This document shows positions 1 through 11,627 of a stretch of 64,000 nt of DNA, piece after piece. A program made the translations under genes and the position numbers. The notes under the pieces were generated by a model, which was not told the origin of the DNA, ran no database searches, and saw nothing but the letters and a program-made list of their open reading frames with translations. This stretch comes from Chrysomallon squamiferum (Eukaryota; Animalia; Mollusca), in contig CM022671.1 of NCBI GenBank assembly GCA_012295275.1, positions 20,646,001 to 20,710,000 on the forward strand, written 5' to 3'. Within the stretch, counting starts at the first letter, position 1. Each line of letters starts with the position of its first letter.

Positions 1-74
1 GAAGGGAAAATCATCACTTCGTTCTCGTCAGCGTTCAGTTTCAGCATGTTGCAGTGCATCCCGTTTCGGAAAGT
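1..74 (-). mobile_element. Degenerate LINE (L2/CR1-like) reverse-transcriptase fragment
   Basis: Minus-strand translation TFRNGMHCNMLKLNADENEVMIFP matches the typical non-LTR RT motif xIRxWMxxNxLKLNxDKTEVMxF (W->G, KT->EN); it runs off the window start. Confidence 0.6.
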
Positions 75-915
75 CTGGATTAGTTCCTGGTTCTAATATT
101 CGAAACTGTTTGCATACACTGAACAAACCAAACCAATCTTTTCTATTCCGGTCAGGCAACATGTCAAAACCCGATGTATAGAAACTTGAAACAGAATAAA
201 GATTCTTTGTAGTGAAGAAAAATAAACAAGTGTATTTTAATTAATCTGACTTGAAGTTTGAAGAAAAAGGATGTTTTAAAACAGATTAAGGTACACTGAT
301 TGAAATTCCAGTCACGTGCACACTGTAAAGGAGAAGTTTGAAAACGTTAAGTGTTGTGTCATCACTGTGTAAACAACTGTTTTTGTTACAGCAACATCAT
401 TAATAGAAAGAGTTCAGGTTAAAGCAAATTTGTTATGATCAGAACTGAGTAAATGAAAAGCACTTGAGAAACCTTGTTTTGAAAGAGAACACATACACGC
501 ATATTCGTTCTCTCTGAACCCACAGAAACGCGCATATCTATGTACATAATCATACATAATCATAAAGATTTTCTTACACAACAACACGTAAATAAGTAAG
601 TAAGTAAGTAAATATATAAATAATATGAACATTAATAAAATTTTCAATTTATAAATTTAACACAATGATGAAAGCTCTCATAAATGACATCAACAAAAAC
701 AAAATAAATACCATAATGATGATGGTGAATTATATAAATAAAATAAAATTTGTTTCACATTTATCTATGTACAAAATAAAGGCAGACACACACGAAAAAT
801 TGGTTGTTACATTAAAATAAATTCGAACTATCCAGGATAGAATCAAATAAAATGTTAAACTTCTCTAACTTGTTTTTCCTCAGTAATTTTCATTGTCTTT
901 GTTATCTGCTTTCAG

Positions 916-1437
916 TTCGTAATCGCAATGACGTTTTCGAAATGTGCCGGAAATGTCCGAATCATGATTGCCTCTATCCCGATCCAAAAAACTGCGCGCG
1001 CTATTACAACTGCTCAAAGCCTCTTCCGGGACCGTATAACGAACTGTGGGACAACATGGAACCGTATCAACAAGAATGCGAATATCCAGGCTACTTTGAT
1101 AGGACGCGTCTGAGATGCGAAAAGGATTTCACCAAAGTCCAGTGTGCAAGCAAGCAGGAACAACCAATAGATTACTGTGAGTTTTTGTATCAGAAACACA
1201 TTTTATTTTTTCACTCTCCCCCTTTCAGAGTTAAAAAATAATATGTATATATATATAATGATTTAAAAAAAACACACAAAAAAAACCAACAAATTAATAT
1301 TAAGTGTTTTAAAAGTAATTCAGCCCGTGCATACTGCAGGGCTGTTTAATTGATTCCTGTTATCTTTATTTATTTTATATTTGTAAATGGTTTCATAAAG
1401 CTGTCATGGTATTATAGTCTCTTCTTTCCTCCTTCCT

Positions 1438-1530
<93 letters not shown>

Positions 1531-1903
1531 ACACACACACACAGAAACACACAATGATGCATACGACAAATATAAATATATTTAAAAAAAATTAAACGTT
1601 TCAGGTGAATATAAAGCTAACGTATGTCTACGTGCCCATTGTCGTCCGTGCATTTACTCATTCCCGAGCTGCCGAGGACTGAGCGATGGGATCCAGGCTT
1701 GGACAGGAAGGAAATACACACCTTATTATACAGAGTGCTTCAGACAGAGAGCTCTGTCCGTAAATACCTGTCCGCCAGATTCCACTGGGCAACCTCGAAT
1801 CTTTTCGGCTAAGGTGAAGCGTTGTCGCACTCTAAGAATGATTCCTCGGAAATACGGTGGCCTGTCGGAAAGCGACGAAGAAGACGAATCTGCCCTTGAC
1901 TGA
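916..1903 (+). CDS. Gene A (5'-incomplete): chitin-binding peritrophin-A/CBM14-type protein, last two coding exons, acidic C-terminal tail
   Basis: Exon 916-1176 (ttcag| ... T|gtgagt) encodes ..CLYPDPKNCARYYNCSKP..QQECEYPGYFDRTRLRCEKDFTKVQC..PIDY. Exon 1605-1903 (ttcag|GT) encodes CEYKANVCLRAHCRPCIYSFPSCRGLSDGIQAWTGRKYTPYYTECFRQRALSVNTCPPDSTGQPRIFSAKVKRCRTLRMIPRKYGGLSESDEEDESALD*. Both junctions are phase 1 and the frame is open. Upstream exons were not found in the window. Confidence 0.85.
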
Positions 1904-1995
1904 AAATTGAAATGCATAACGAAACAAAATTGTGTTCTAATTTTATTAATGTCTTCTTCTTTTATTCATATCATTATTATTGTTGTTGTTGTTAA

Positions 1996-2041
<46 letters not shown>

Positions 2042-2310
2042 TAAAGAAAAAGAAAGAAGGAATGAAATGGAAAATCAGTTTGAATAAATCATATGCCAGC
2101 CATGTTGGATTTATAAATTAGGCCAGTAACAGATTTAAGTTTGATCCAGATCAAGAATCGTACAATACAGTGATGTATTTTACAAAATAAAATAAAAAAT
2201 GATTATTTTAGTTAAATCTAAATTAAAAAGGTGTCTTCTTGATTTGCTTATAAATAATTAATTCATTGAAAAATCCAAGAAAGAAAAGTAAAACATTTTT
2301 ATTCTAATTT

Positions 2311-2341
<31 letters not shown>

Positions 2342-3076
2342 TGTTAGTATTTATTTATTTTTATTTATTTATTTATTTATTTTTAATAATTATATATTAA
2401 AGTGTCCTGTGGCGGTACGAATAAACGGTGTTTTAAAATTCTTAATGCTTCCAAGTTATTATATTGTTGTTTTGAGCGACATATCATGGTTCATAACAAT
2501 GCCGGACAATAAACAGTCGTATCATTTCACAATAGAAGTCGTGACGTCATCGCGTTCAAGGTGTACGGATAACATTTTTAAAGATTAAACTAGAAGATAT
2601 CGGTTTTTCTTGTATGCACAAACTTCAGAAAAAATAATGTCGTGGTTAAGATATTCTAAACATTTTTGCACTTATACAGCGTTATTCAGATTGGACGAAA
2701 AAAACAACAAACAGAATAAAAAAGAAAACGAAGGATGTGGAGTTACACCAACACTACTCCTCCCCCAACCCCCCAAAAACACCAACCGCCCAACAGCAAA
2801 CAAACAAGACAAACAACAACAAACAAACAAAACAAACAACAACAACAACCCAAAAATAAAAACCAATGCCACCCCCCAACAAAATTTAAAAAGTCTCGTT
2901 CTAGGAATAATTCGTTTTAAGAAACCTTCTCTGAATATATCGGTGCGTGTAAGCTAACCAGGTAGAATGGCTTGGTTGAATAAGTATAATATAAAAAACA
3001 CCAAAACTTGGGCTTGTTGCCAACACAACAATGACGCAGTAATTTATTCATCAATGATCATCACGATATCTCACCA

Positions 3077-3082
3077 TATAAT
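3077..3082 (+). promoter_or_regulatory. Putative TATA box of B
   Basis: CATATAAT ~130 bp upstream of the ATG; the same position is conserved in C, D and J. Confidence 0.4.
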
Positions 3083-3210
3083 TAAGCTTCGACTGAAATC
3101 TTAACTAAACTTAATTAAACTGATGTAAGTGTTATAACAGTAACAATCAGAAATATCTATATAGTTTTATATCTTTTTACTATACTCGGAAAACATCATC
3201 ATCCAACAGC

Positions 3211-3790
3211 ATGAATTCCAAAGTCGTCTTTCTCTGCCTTGATGTCGTAGAAGTTGTTGTCGTTGCAGAAGACGAGTGCGTGTCTCAAGGAACAACTGAT
3301 TTACGTCACGTTCCAAACGACTGCTCCGTTTTCTACGTCTGTGATCATGGAAAGTTGGTTCGTTTTAATTGTCCCAGCGGTGTTTTTAATCCGACCATCA
3401 AGGTTTAAGTACGAAAGGGATCTGTCTATGAAACGTGTGAATAGTACATTTTTCACTTTAGTTCATATAATTGAAATTTTCATAAAAAAAAAAAAAAAAA
3501 ACAACAACAAAAAAAACAAATATATATATATTAATGACAAAATGAAAACAAATTGTCTTTGGTGTAACTGTTTAAATATTTGTAGATTTTTAAGAATATG
3601 AAATGAGTCTACTTAATTAGTTGATTATATAACGAAATAATTGTTCGCACAAACGACTTTTATATTTAATAAACACATTAAACAAACAAACAAACAAACC
3701 AAAAAAAAAAAAAAAAAAAAATAATTAATAAAATAAAAAAAAAAAAAAAAAATACAACTGATTAAACAAAGGAACGACTGTTCAAACATT

Positions 3791-3821
<31 letters not shown>

Positions 3822-4991
3822 TTTTAAATTTAATTAACATGCATTTTCGGATGGAATGTTTAAAGTCACGAATCTGAGTGAATATTTTTAATATATATAC
3901 AAGCATACACACACGCACGCACGCACGCACACACACACAAGCAGTCTCACAGAATGTCCGACTTACTTTAAAATATATTCTTGAAAATTACAAAATTATT
4001 TATTAAACTGAAGCACCACCAGAGAGATACTGGAAATGCCTTTGGTTTAATTATAAAAACTATTACCGTAAATTACTGGCTAGTTGCACTGATATACTTA
4101 ATAATATTATATAACGTATCTTATTTCAGGCACCAACAAAGTAAAGTCGGGTTCAGATACAACATGTACTCCAGGATCCAAAGAGATCATCCCTCATCCG
4201 ACAAAATGTGCCCAGTACTACGACTGCGGCGACAACAATACACCGTTCAGATGGCCAAAGTACCTCAAGGAATGTCCAACCGAGCAGCTGTACAACACCA
4301 AGACTAAAAGATGTGAACATTACAGCATGGTGGACTGTGGAGATCGAGAAAAACCTTTTTGTCCTTATAAGGACCAAGTTTTCAGTTTAGTAAAACTTTC
4401 ACTCGTTCCAGCCACTGCTTACAACTTTTGTAAAGCAGGTCGTGTTTTATATTTTCTATCTGTGAAATTGTGCATATAAAAAATTCCTTCCTTCAAGCTG
4501 AGTAGCCCATAAAGTGAAGGCAGCGGGTTTCCTCTCACGTTATCTGAATTGTAACTACATCTCCAAAGCAGTTTCCTTCTCTATCTAGCTTTTCGTTTTT
4601 CAATTTTCTTTCTACTCATGCTTTTGTGCCTTTTTCACCGCACTACAATTATTTGTACAATACTCGTCCATTTGTATTTTACTTTCATATAATCTATTAC
4701 TAAACAATAAATACAAAAATTACAGACTTTCACTTTCAGGAATCTTTATTTTTTACTTTTTCTCATATTTCAGGTGTCTATTTCGCTAATCAGTGTTTAT
4801 CTGATCACTGTATTCCTTGTTATGTGAGGTTTCCAAGATGCAAGGGACTGTCCGACCGTCTAAACATTTGGGAGGGTCATCCGGAGTCTCCTTATTTCGT
4901 CGTGTACAAAAACAACAGAACCGTCTATCAAAGAGTGTGTAAACGAAACAACAATGAACAAAAGTTAATATTTTATAGGGCCGAAATCTAA
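3211..4991 (+). pseudogene. Pseudogene B of the long-type chitin-binding family
   Basis: Exons 3211-3436, 4130-4366 and 4774-~4991 are homologous to gene D. Lesions: Cys->TAA at 3406-3408; charged residues in the signal peptide (LCLDVVEVV); intron-2 donor GT->AT at 4367; VVC->VVY; ~130-bp deletion removing the exon-3 end. Confidence 0.9.
4397..4560 (+). mobile_element. Meta-domain SINE relic in intron 2 of B
   Basis: tcgttccagcca...gtgcatataaaa...gagtagcccataaagtgaaggcagcgggtttcctctc resembles the MetaSINE central domain (GAGTAGCCCATGxAGTGGCGxCAGCGGGTTTCCTCTC), recalled from memory. Confidence 0.7.
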
Positions 4992-5068
4992 AAGAACTTG
5001 CGATATGTTCATTTATAGTATTATGTGTATTATACACGAACACGTACACACACAGACACACACAGTCA

Positions 5069-5161
<93 letters not shown>

Positions 5162-6806
5162 GTAGTCCATGAAGAATGTTATAAAGATTTATAATATGTG
5201 TATTTATTATGTATTATTTTTTGGTCATTTGCATAATGTTAATGTAATTTTAATACCGCCCATTTCAAAGGTTTGTTATTAATACCCAGCGTTTGAATAA
5301 GTGAAATAAATTAAAAAAAAAAAAAAAAAATTATACTGATACGGTTCGCTAGTTTTGTGAACCACTTTTTATTTTACTTCATAATTTCACATCAGATTGT
5401 CAGCTGATTAATTACACATGTATGTGTGTATATGTGCGTGTGTGTGTGTGTGTAGTTGTGTGTATGTGTGTGTGTGTGTGTGAATGTATTTTGGTGTACC
5501 TATGTCTGAATGTGTCTCAATTTACGCGTGTTGTACAAATATCTTGTTTCGATTGTTATGTGTTAGTTAATTTTTCCTTAACCATTTTGCCAAACTGAAG
5601 TGATATGAGTGCCCGTGTGTTTTTGTGTGTGTGTGTGTGTTTGTGCCTTGCGTGTAAATCGCCACACACCTCCATATAATAATAAAAAAAGCATTTTGAC
5701 TTATTTTTTTTATAGCCTTTTTTTTATCTTCTCTGTATTTTTATTATTATTATTGTTTCACTAAGAACGTATGTTCTTTCCGGTTTAATCAGGACAAACT
5801 TTCAGTGAAGTTTTGATACATTAGTTTTGAATCAAGACTAAACACAGAAAACAGACTAAACTTGGATAATAATAAAATCGTAATTGAAAATAAACGCTAT
5901 CATACGACAAACAAGATATCTGGATCCAGAGTCTGTCAGCAAAGTTAGATAACTTTCGGTATAAATCGAGGTGGATTTTATCGCCCCTAGTCTGATCCTC
6001 TGGCACTCGACTTTTGCGTCAAGAAACACTGTGTGTGAATATTTACAAGCGTTTATATTTAAAAATAGTGAATCAAGTAAATCAATCTGAATAATTTTAT
6101 TTATCTAAATAACAGAAACAAGTAACACCTTTTATTATATTTTATTTTTTTATCGAGGTGTAGTAACTGTACATTTTACAGAGTATAATTCACTGAATAT
6201 AGCAATAAAAGAACGTAATACACAGAAGGATACCATGGATACAAAGTATGTACTAATTAAACCACTGTAGGCAATTCAGTTAAGGGAATTCCCTTTCTGG
6301 AACATAATCCTTTCTCGGTGCGTACACTTTCATGATAAATGAACAGTCAAACTAATTTTAATTAATTAATTAATTTTATTATTTAATTTTATCTATATCC
6401 TAACTAACCACTACTTTGAAAATGATGATATCTCTGAATAAATACGATGTTTATCTGAATATATACGGAATGATATGTTACACAGATCTCAGAACATACA
6501 AAATAAATAAGTAAATTTAAAACTGAGATAGATAATTTAATAGAATGAAGAAACATTTAATACTTTTTAGTTCATAACTAATGAAAAATTTTAAAAAATA
6601 TATTGTATAAAAAGAGTAATTTTGCTTAATATTGTATAATGTAAGGAAGAATAATTATATGTAGAAATAATACTAAAAATTAAGATATCACAAGTTCTTT
6701 TAGAAATCGGTTCCACAAAATTTTAACTTTTGTTCATAACCTGAACTGAAATGATTATAAATAAAATTAATGAAATTATTAATACAGTGTTAACGTAGAA
6801 TTATAT

Positions 6807-8350
6807 TTAAGAACTCGGCTTGACGCAGGTTTTCAGGTTGTCGTCATACAAGTAGACACCATTGTTCTGTTTGCACATTCCTTCATAGACGGTTCTGTTG
6901 TTTTTGCACACGACGAAATAAGGAGAATTCTCGCGATTCTCCCAAATGTTGAGTCCGTCGGGCAGACCTTTACATCTTGGAAATCTCGCATAACACGGAA
7001 TACAGTGAGAGAATAAACACTGATTAGCCAAATAGTCACCTGAAATATGAGAAAAAGTAAAAAATAAAGATTCCTGAAAGTGAATGTCTGTAATTTTTGT
7101 ATTTATTTTTTAGTAATTGATAGTTCGAAAGTAAAATAAAATGAACGAATATTGTAGAAATAATTATAGAGCGGGTGAAAAAGGCACAAAAGCATGAGTA
7201 GAAGAAACAAAAACGCGACAGATAGAAGGAAACTGGCTTATTTGTCAACTCTCTCAGCACATTTATAACTATGTGGCTATGGAGATGTAGTTACAATTCA
7301 GATGACGTGAGAGGAAACCCGCTGCCATCACTTTATGGGCGACTCAGTTTGAAGGAAGGAATTTTTTATACGCACAATTTCACAGATAGAAAATATTAAT
7401 CACGACCTGCTTTACAAAAGTTGTAAGCAGTGGCTGGAACGAGTGAAAACTCAGTGGAATCTCTCGCCTGACTTTTCTACAACTAAATTAAAAACTTGGT
7501 ACTTACAAGGAGAAATAGGTTCTTCTCGATCTCCACAGTCCACCATGCTGTAATGTTCACATCTTTTAGTCTTGGTGTTGTACAGCTGCTCGGTTGGACA
7601 TTCCTTGAGGTACTTTGGCCATCTGGGCGGCGTATTGTTGTCGCCGCAGTCGTAGTACTGGGCACATTTAGTCGGGTGAGGGATGATCTCTTTGGATCCT
7701 GGAGTACATGTGTTATCTGAACCCGATTTTACTTTGTTGGTGCCTGAAATACGATACGTACATTACTAAGTGTATCAGTCGTTTGGTTCCTTTATTTATT
7801 CAGTTTTATTATTTATTTATTTATTATTTTTCGGTTTGTTTGTTGTTGTCTTTTGTTTGCTTGTTTGTTTTATCTCTTTTTAAATATAAAAGTTTTTTGT
7901 GCGAAAAATCATTTCATTATATAATTAATTAATTTTGACTTCTTTCATATTCTGAAAAATCTACAAATATTTAAAAGCTGATAACATGAAGTAAAGGTAA
8001 GTATTTTTCTAACAGTTACACCAAAGACAATTTTATTTTCGTTTTGTCATTAATATATATATATATATATTCTTGTATGAAATATTTGGATTATGTGAAC
8101 TAAAGTGAAAAATGTACTACTCACACGTATCATAGACAGATCCCTTTCGAACGCAAACCTTGATGGTCGGATTAAAAACACCGCTGGGACAATTAAAACG
8201 AGTCAGCTTTCCATGATCACAGACGTAGAAAACGGAGCAGTCGTTTGGATCGGGTCGTAAATCAGCTGCTCCTTTAGACACGCACTCGTCTTCTGCAACG
8301 ACAACCACTGCTGCGATAGCAAGGCAGAGAAAGACGACTTTGCAATTCAT
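6807..8350 (-). CDS. Gene C: secreted chitin-binding protein, long type (signal + 2 CBM14 + Cys module + CBM14-like), 231 aa
   Basis: Exons 8350-8125 (226 nt), 7743-7507 (237 nt) and 7039-6807 (233 nt); GT-AG, all phase 1, open frame. Begins MNCKVVFLCLAIAAVVVVA-EDECVSKG..; six-Cys CBM14 pattern in domains 1 and 2. Confidence 0.92.
7285..7472 (-). mobile_element. Meta-domain SINE relic in intron 2 of C
   Basis: Reverse complement of the same element seen in B and D, with slightly more 5' sequence. Confidence 0.7.
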
Positions 8351-8479
8351 GCTGTTGGATGATGGTGTTTTCCGAGTGTGGTTAAAAGATATAAAACTAT
8401 ATAGATATTTCTGATTGTTATTGTTGTAACACTTACTTCAGTTTAATTAACTTTAGTTAAGATTTCAGTCGAAGTTTAA

Positions 8480-8485
8480 TTTATA
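8480..8485 (-). promoter_or_regulatory. Putative TATA box of C
   Basis: CATATAAAT ~130 bp upstream of the ATG; conserved among paralogues. Confidence 0.45.
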
Positions 8486-9534
8486 TGGTGAGATATCGTG
8501 ATAATCATTGCTGAATAGATTACTGCGTCATTGTTGTGTTGGCAACAAGCCCAAGTTTTGGTATTTTTTGTATTATACTTATTCAACCAAGCCATACTAC
8601 CTGGTTAGCACGCACGCACAGATATATTCAGAGATTGTGTTTAAATTGCAGGAGTGTCTCTGTATGTTTCTTTATTCTTCTTTATCACTGTATAGGATAC
8701 GTGCAAACTGCTTTATTTTTATTTTATTTATCAAGAGAATGCAGAGTTCACCGTAAGATATATAGAATTTTCATTTCATCATTTCATATTCATTGCTGGT
8801 TTATCAGTTTTCATTACATTCATACACCCCCATACACATATTCAGTTTAGTACTTCCTTTTTGACTATGTCATATCTTTCCTTTTCGCTGCACACCATAG
8901 TTAAGATTAACTATAAGCATAACAGATGTATTGTTGGTATATGATGAAGTCATTAAGCTTTGGTTCGTATTACTGAATATAACAAGGAAGAACATTATGC
9001 ACTCCGGGACACCCTGGGTTTGTATTGAATATAACAAGGAAGAAAATTCTATATCCCGGGTGATCCTCCTCTGTTGGGAGTCGGATATTCTGTAGTTCTG
9101 GTTCTGAGGTTGTATCAGGAAGAGTTACACTTGGACTGCTTTTTTATTTTTTTTTTTTTTACGGTGACTGGCAGTGAGTCACATTTTTGCATATTATATG
9201 GCTTTAAAATAAATCTCATATATGCTCGACATGTTGGTTTGAATATATATGTGCATGTTTATGTGTATATGTTTATATATTTATGTGTGAATTGTCCATC
9301 ATTACATGAAAACAAAAGACAATCAGAAAGATAAATACATTTTTTTGTTGTTGTTTTTGTTTGGACGAAATTAGGAATTTTATTCATTGCATTTCTTTTG
9401 TTCTCGTTTTAATGGTCTTGTAGATTTGTTTCGTGAAATATTGGCTTAAAGTCGTTTTCTTATCAAGATTTATATGGGTAACAGTCACACAACTAATGAT
9501 AAAGAAGAGTCACTATATTAAGAGATAAACTTTA

Positions 9535-9705
9535 TTTTCATTTGCTACAAGAGGGAGTTTATATGCACCTTCTGATAGATAAGAATATAGGAGAGTCTTC
9601 TCGATAAACCAGTCATGGCTGGATTAGGATATAACCTAACGTGAGCACCAAGATGATCACCGAGCACATTTAAGAACAGCGCTTTAACCGCTGAACTTAA
9701 TCCGT
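9535..9705 (-). mobile_element. Degenerate tRNA-head SINE in the C/D spacer
   Basis: Reverse complement reads aagttcagcggttaaagcgc (A-box-like) ... atccagccatgactggtttatc ... ggtgcatataaactccctcttgtagc, same family as the Meta SINE relics. Confidence 0.55.
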
Positions 9706-10018
9706 AATGTTAAAACTGACGTAATGTTAATCGCTAAGGCCGACTACACAACAATAAACTACCGGATAAACAAGTATTTTTTTTCCCTCTTCATTTTTCA
9801 TAGTATTTTGTATAAGTTTTATTTTTAGAATGAAGCGCTATTTTCGGCTACGTAACGACTTAAGAAGCCTCGAAAGGTGTGTTTTGCTAACCAGGTAGAA
9901 TGGGTTTGTTGATTCAATATAATAGAAAGAGCAATAAAAACACAACATTTACGTCAGAACGTGTTTTCTCATGTTAATTTTAATAATTTATTCAGCAATG
10001 ACTGTCACCATATCTGAC

Positions 10019-10026
10019 TATATAAT
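10019..10026 (+). promoter_or_regulatory. Putative TATA box of D
   Basis: TATATAAT ~120 bp upstream of the ATG, homologous position. Confidence 0.45.
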
Positions 10027-10143
10027 TAGGGTTTCGACTGAAATCGAAATTAAACTAAAGTAAACGTTAGATAAGAATACTGAACAGAAACGCATAGTTT
10101 TGTATCTGTTAACCAGACTCGGAAAACATCATCATCCAGCAAC

Positions 10144-11627
10144 ATGAATTCCAACATCGTCTTTCTCTGCCTTGCTGTCGTAGCCGTTGTTGTCATTGCA
10201 GAAGACGAGTGCGTGTCTAAAGGAGCAGCTGATTTACGTCCCGATCCAAACGACTGCTCCGTTTTCTACATCTGTGATCATGGAAAGCTAACTCGATTTA
10301 CTTGTCCCAGCGGTGTTTTTAATCCGACCATGAAGGTTTGCGTTCGAAAGGGATCTGTCTATGATACGTGTGAGTAGTACATTTTTTACATAAGATATAA
10401 AACTGAATAAATAAAGGAACGAAACAACTGTTCACTCAAACGTTTTATTTATTTATTTATTAATTTATTTAACATTTAATTAACATGTATTTTCGGGTGC
10501 AGTGTTTAAAGTCACTAATCTGAGTGAATGCAATTATTTAGATTATTTTTAATATACATATATATACACACACACGCACGCACACAGAATTTCCGACTTA
10601 CTATTTTCTTGAAAGTTATTCATTAAAGTGAAGTATCACCAGTGAGATGCTGGAAATGCCTTTGGTTTAATTATAAAAACTATTACCGTAAAATTACTGG
10701 CTAGTTGCACTGATATACTTAATAATGTACGTATCTTATTTCAGGCACCAACAAAGTAAAGTCGGGTTCAGATACAACATGTACTCCAGGATCCAAAGAG
10801 ATCATCCCTCATCCGACTAAATGTGCCCAGTACTACGACTGCGGAGACAACAATACGCCGTTCAGATGGCCAAAGTACCTCAAGGAATGTCCAACCGAGC
10901 AGCTGTACAACACCAAGACTAAACGATGTGAACATTACAGCATGGTGGACTGTGGAAATCGAGAAGAACCTATTTCTCCTTGTAAGTACCAAGTTTTCAG
11001 TTTAGTAAAACTTTCACTCGTTCCAGCCACTGCTTACAACTTGTGTAAAGCAGGTCGTGTTTAATATTTTCTATCTGTGAAATTGTGCGTATAAAAAATT
11101 CCTTCCTTCAAGCTGAGTAGCCCATAAAGTGATGGCAGCGGGTTTCCTCTCACGTTATCTGAATTGTAACTACATCTCCAAAGCAGTTTCCTTCTCTCTC
11201 TAGCTGTTCTTTTTTTCCCCCAAATTTTCTTTCTACTCATGCTTTTGTGCCTTTTTCACTGCCCTACAATTATTTGTACAATACTCGTCCATTTTTATTT
11301 TACTTTCATATTATCTGTTACTAAACAATAAATACAAAAATTACAGACATTCACTTTCAGGAATCTTTATTTTTTACTTTTTCTCATATTTCAGGTGACT
11401 ATTTGGCTAATCAGTGTTTATCTGCTCACTGTATTCCGTGTTATGTAAGATTTCCAAGATGTAAAGGTTTGCCCGACGGACTCAACATTTGGGAGGGTCG
11501 TGAGAATTCTCCTTTTTACGTCGTGTGCAAAAACAACAGAACCGTCTATCAAGGAATGTGTAAAAAGAACAATGGTGTCTACTTGTATGACGACAACTTG
11601 AAAACCTGCATCAAGCCGAATTATTAA
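10144..11627 (+). CDS. Gene D: secreted chitin-binding protein, long type, 231 aa
   Basis: Exons 10144-10369, 10745-10981 and 11395-11627; donors gtgagt and gtaagt, acceptors tttcag, all phase 1 (T|GC, T|GT = Cys). Open frame; 20 Cys in the mature chain. Confidence 0.93.
11012..11175 (+). mobile_element. Meta-domain SINE relic in intron 2 of D
   Basis: Near-identical to 4397-4560. Confidence 0.7.

Noticed and set aside
9680-9705. tRNA-like A-box sequences (also ~43973)
   Set aside because: No cloverleaf; they are SINE heads.
10768-11005. Recurrent antisense and shifted-frame ORFs over exon 2 (MVLTRRNRFF.., MPSTTTA..) in several copies
   Set aside because: Shadow frames of the real exon; they recur only because the exon is duplicated, and their ends differ among copies.
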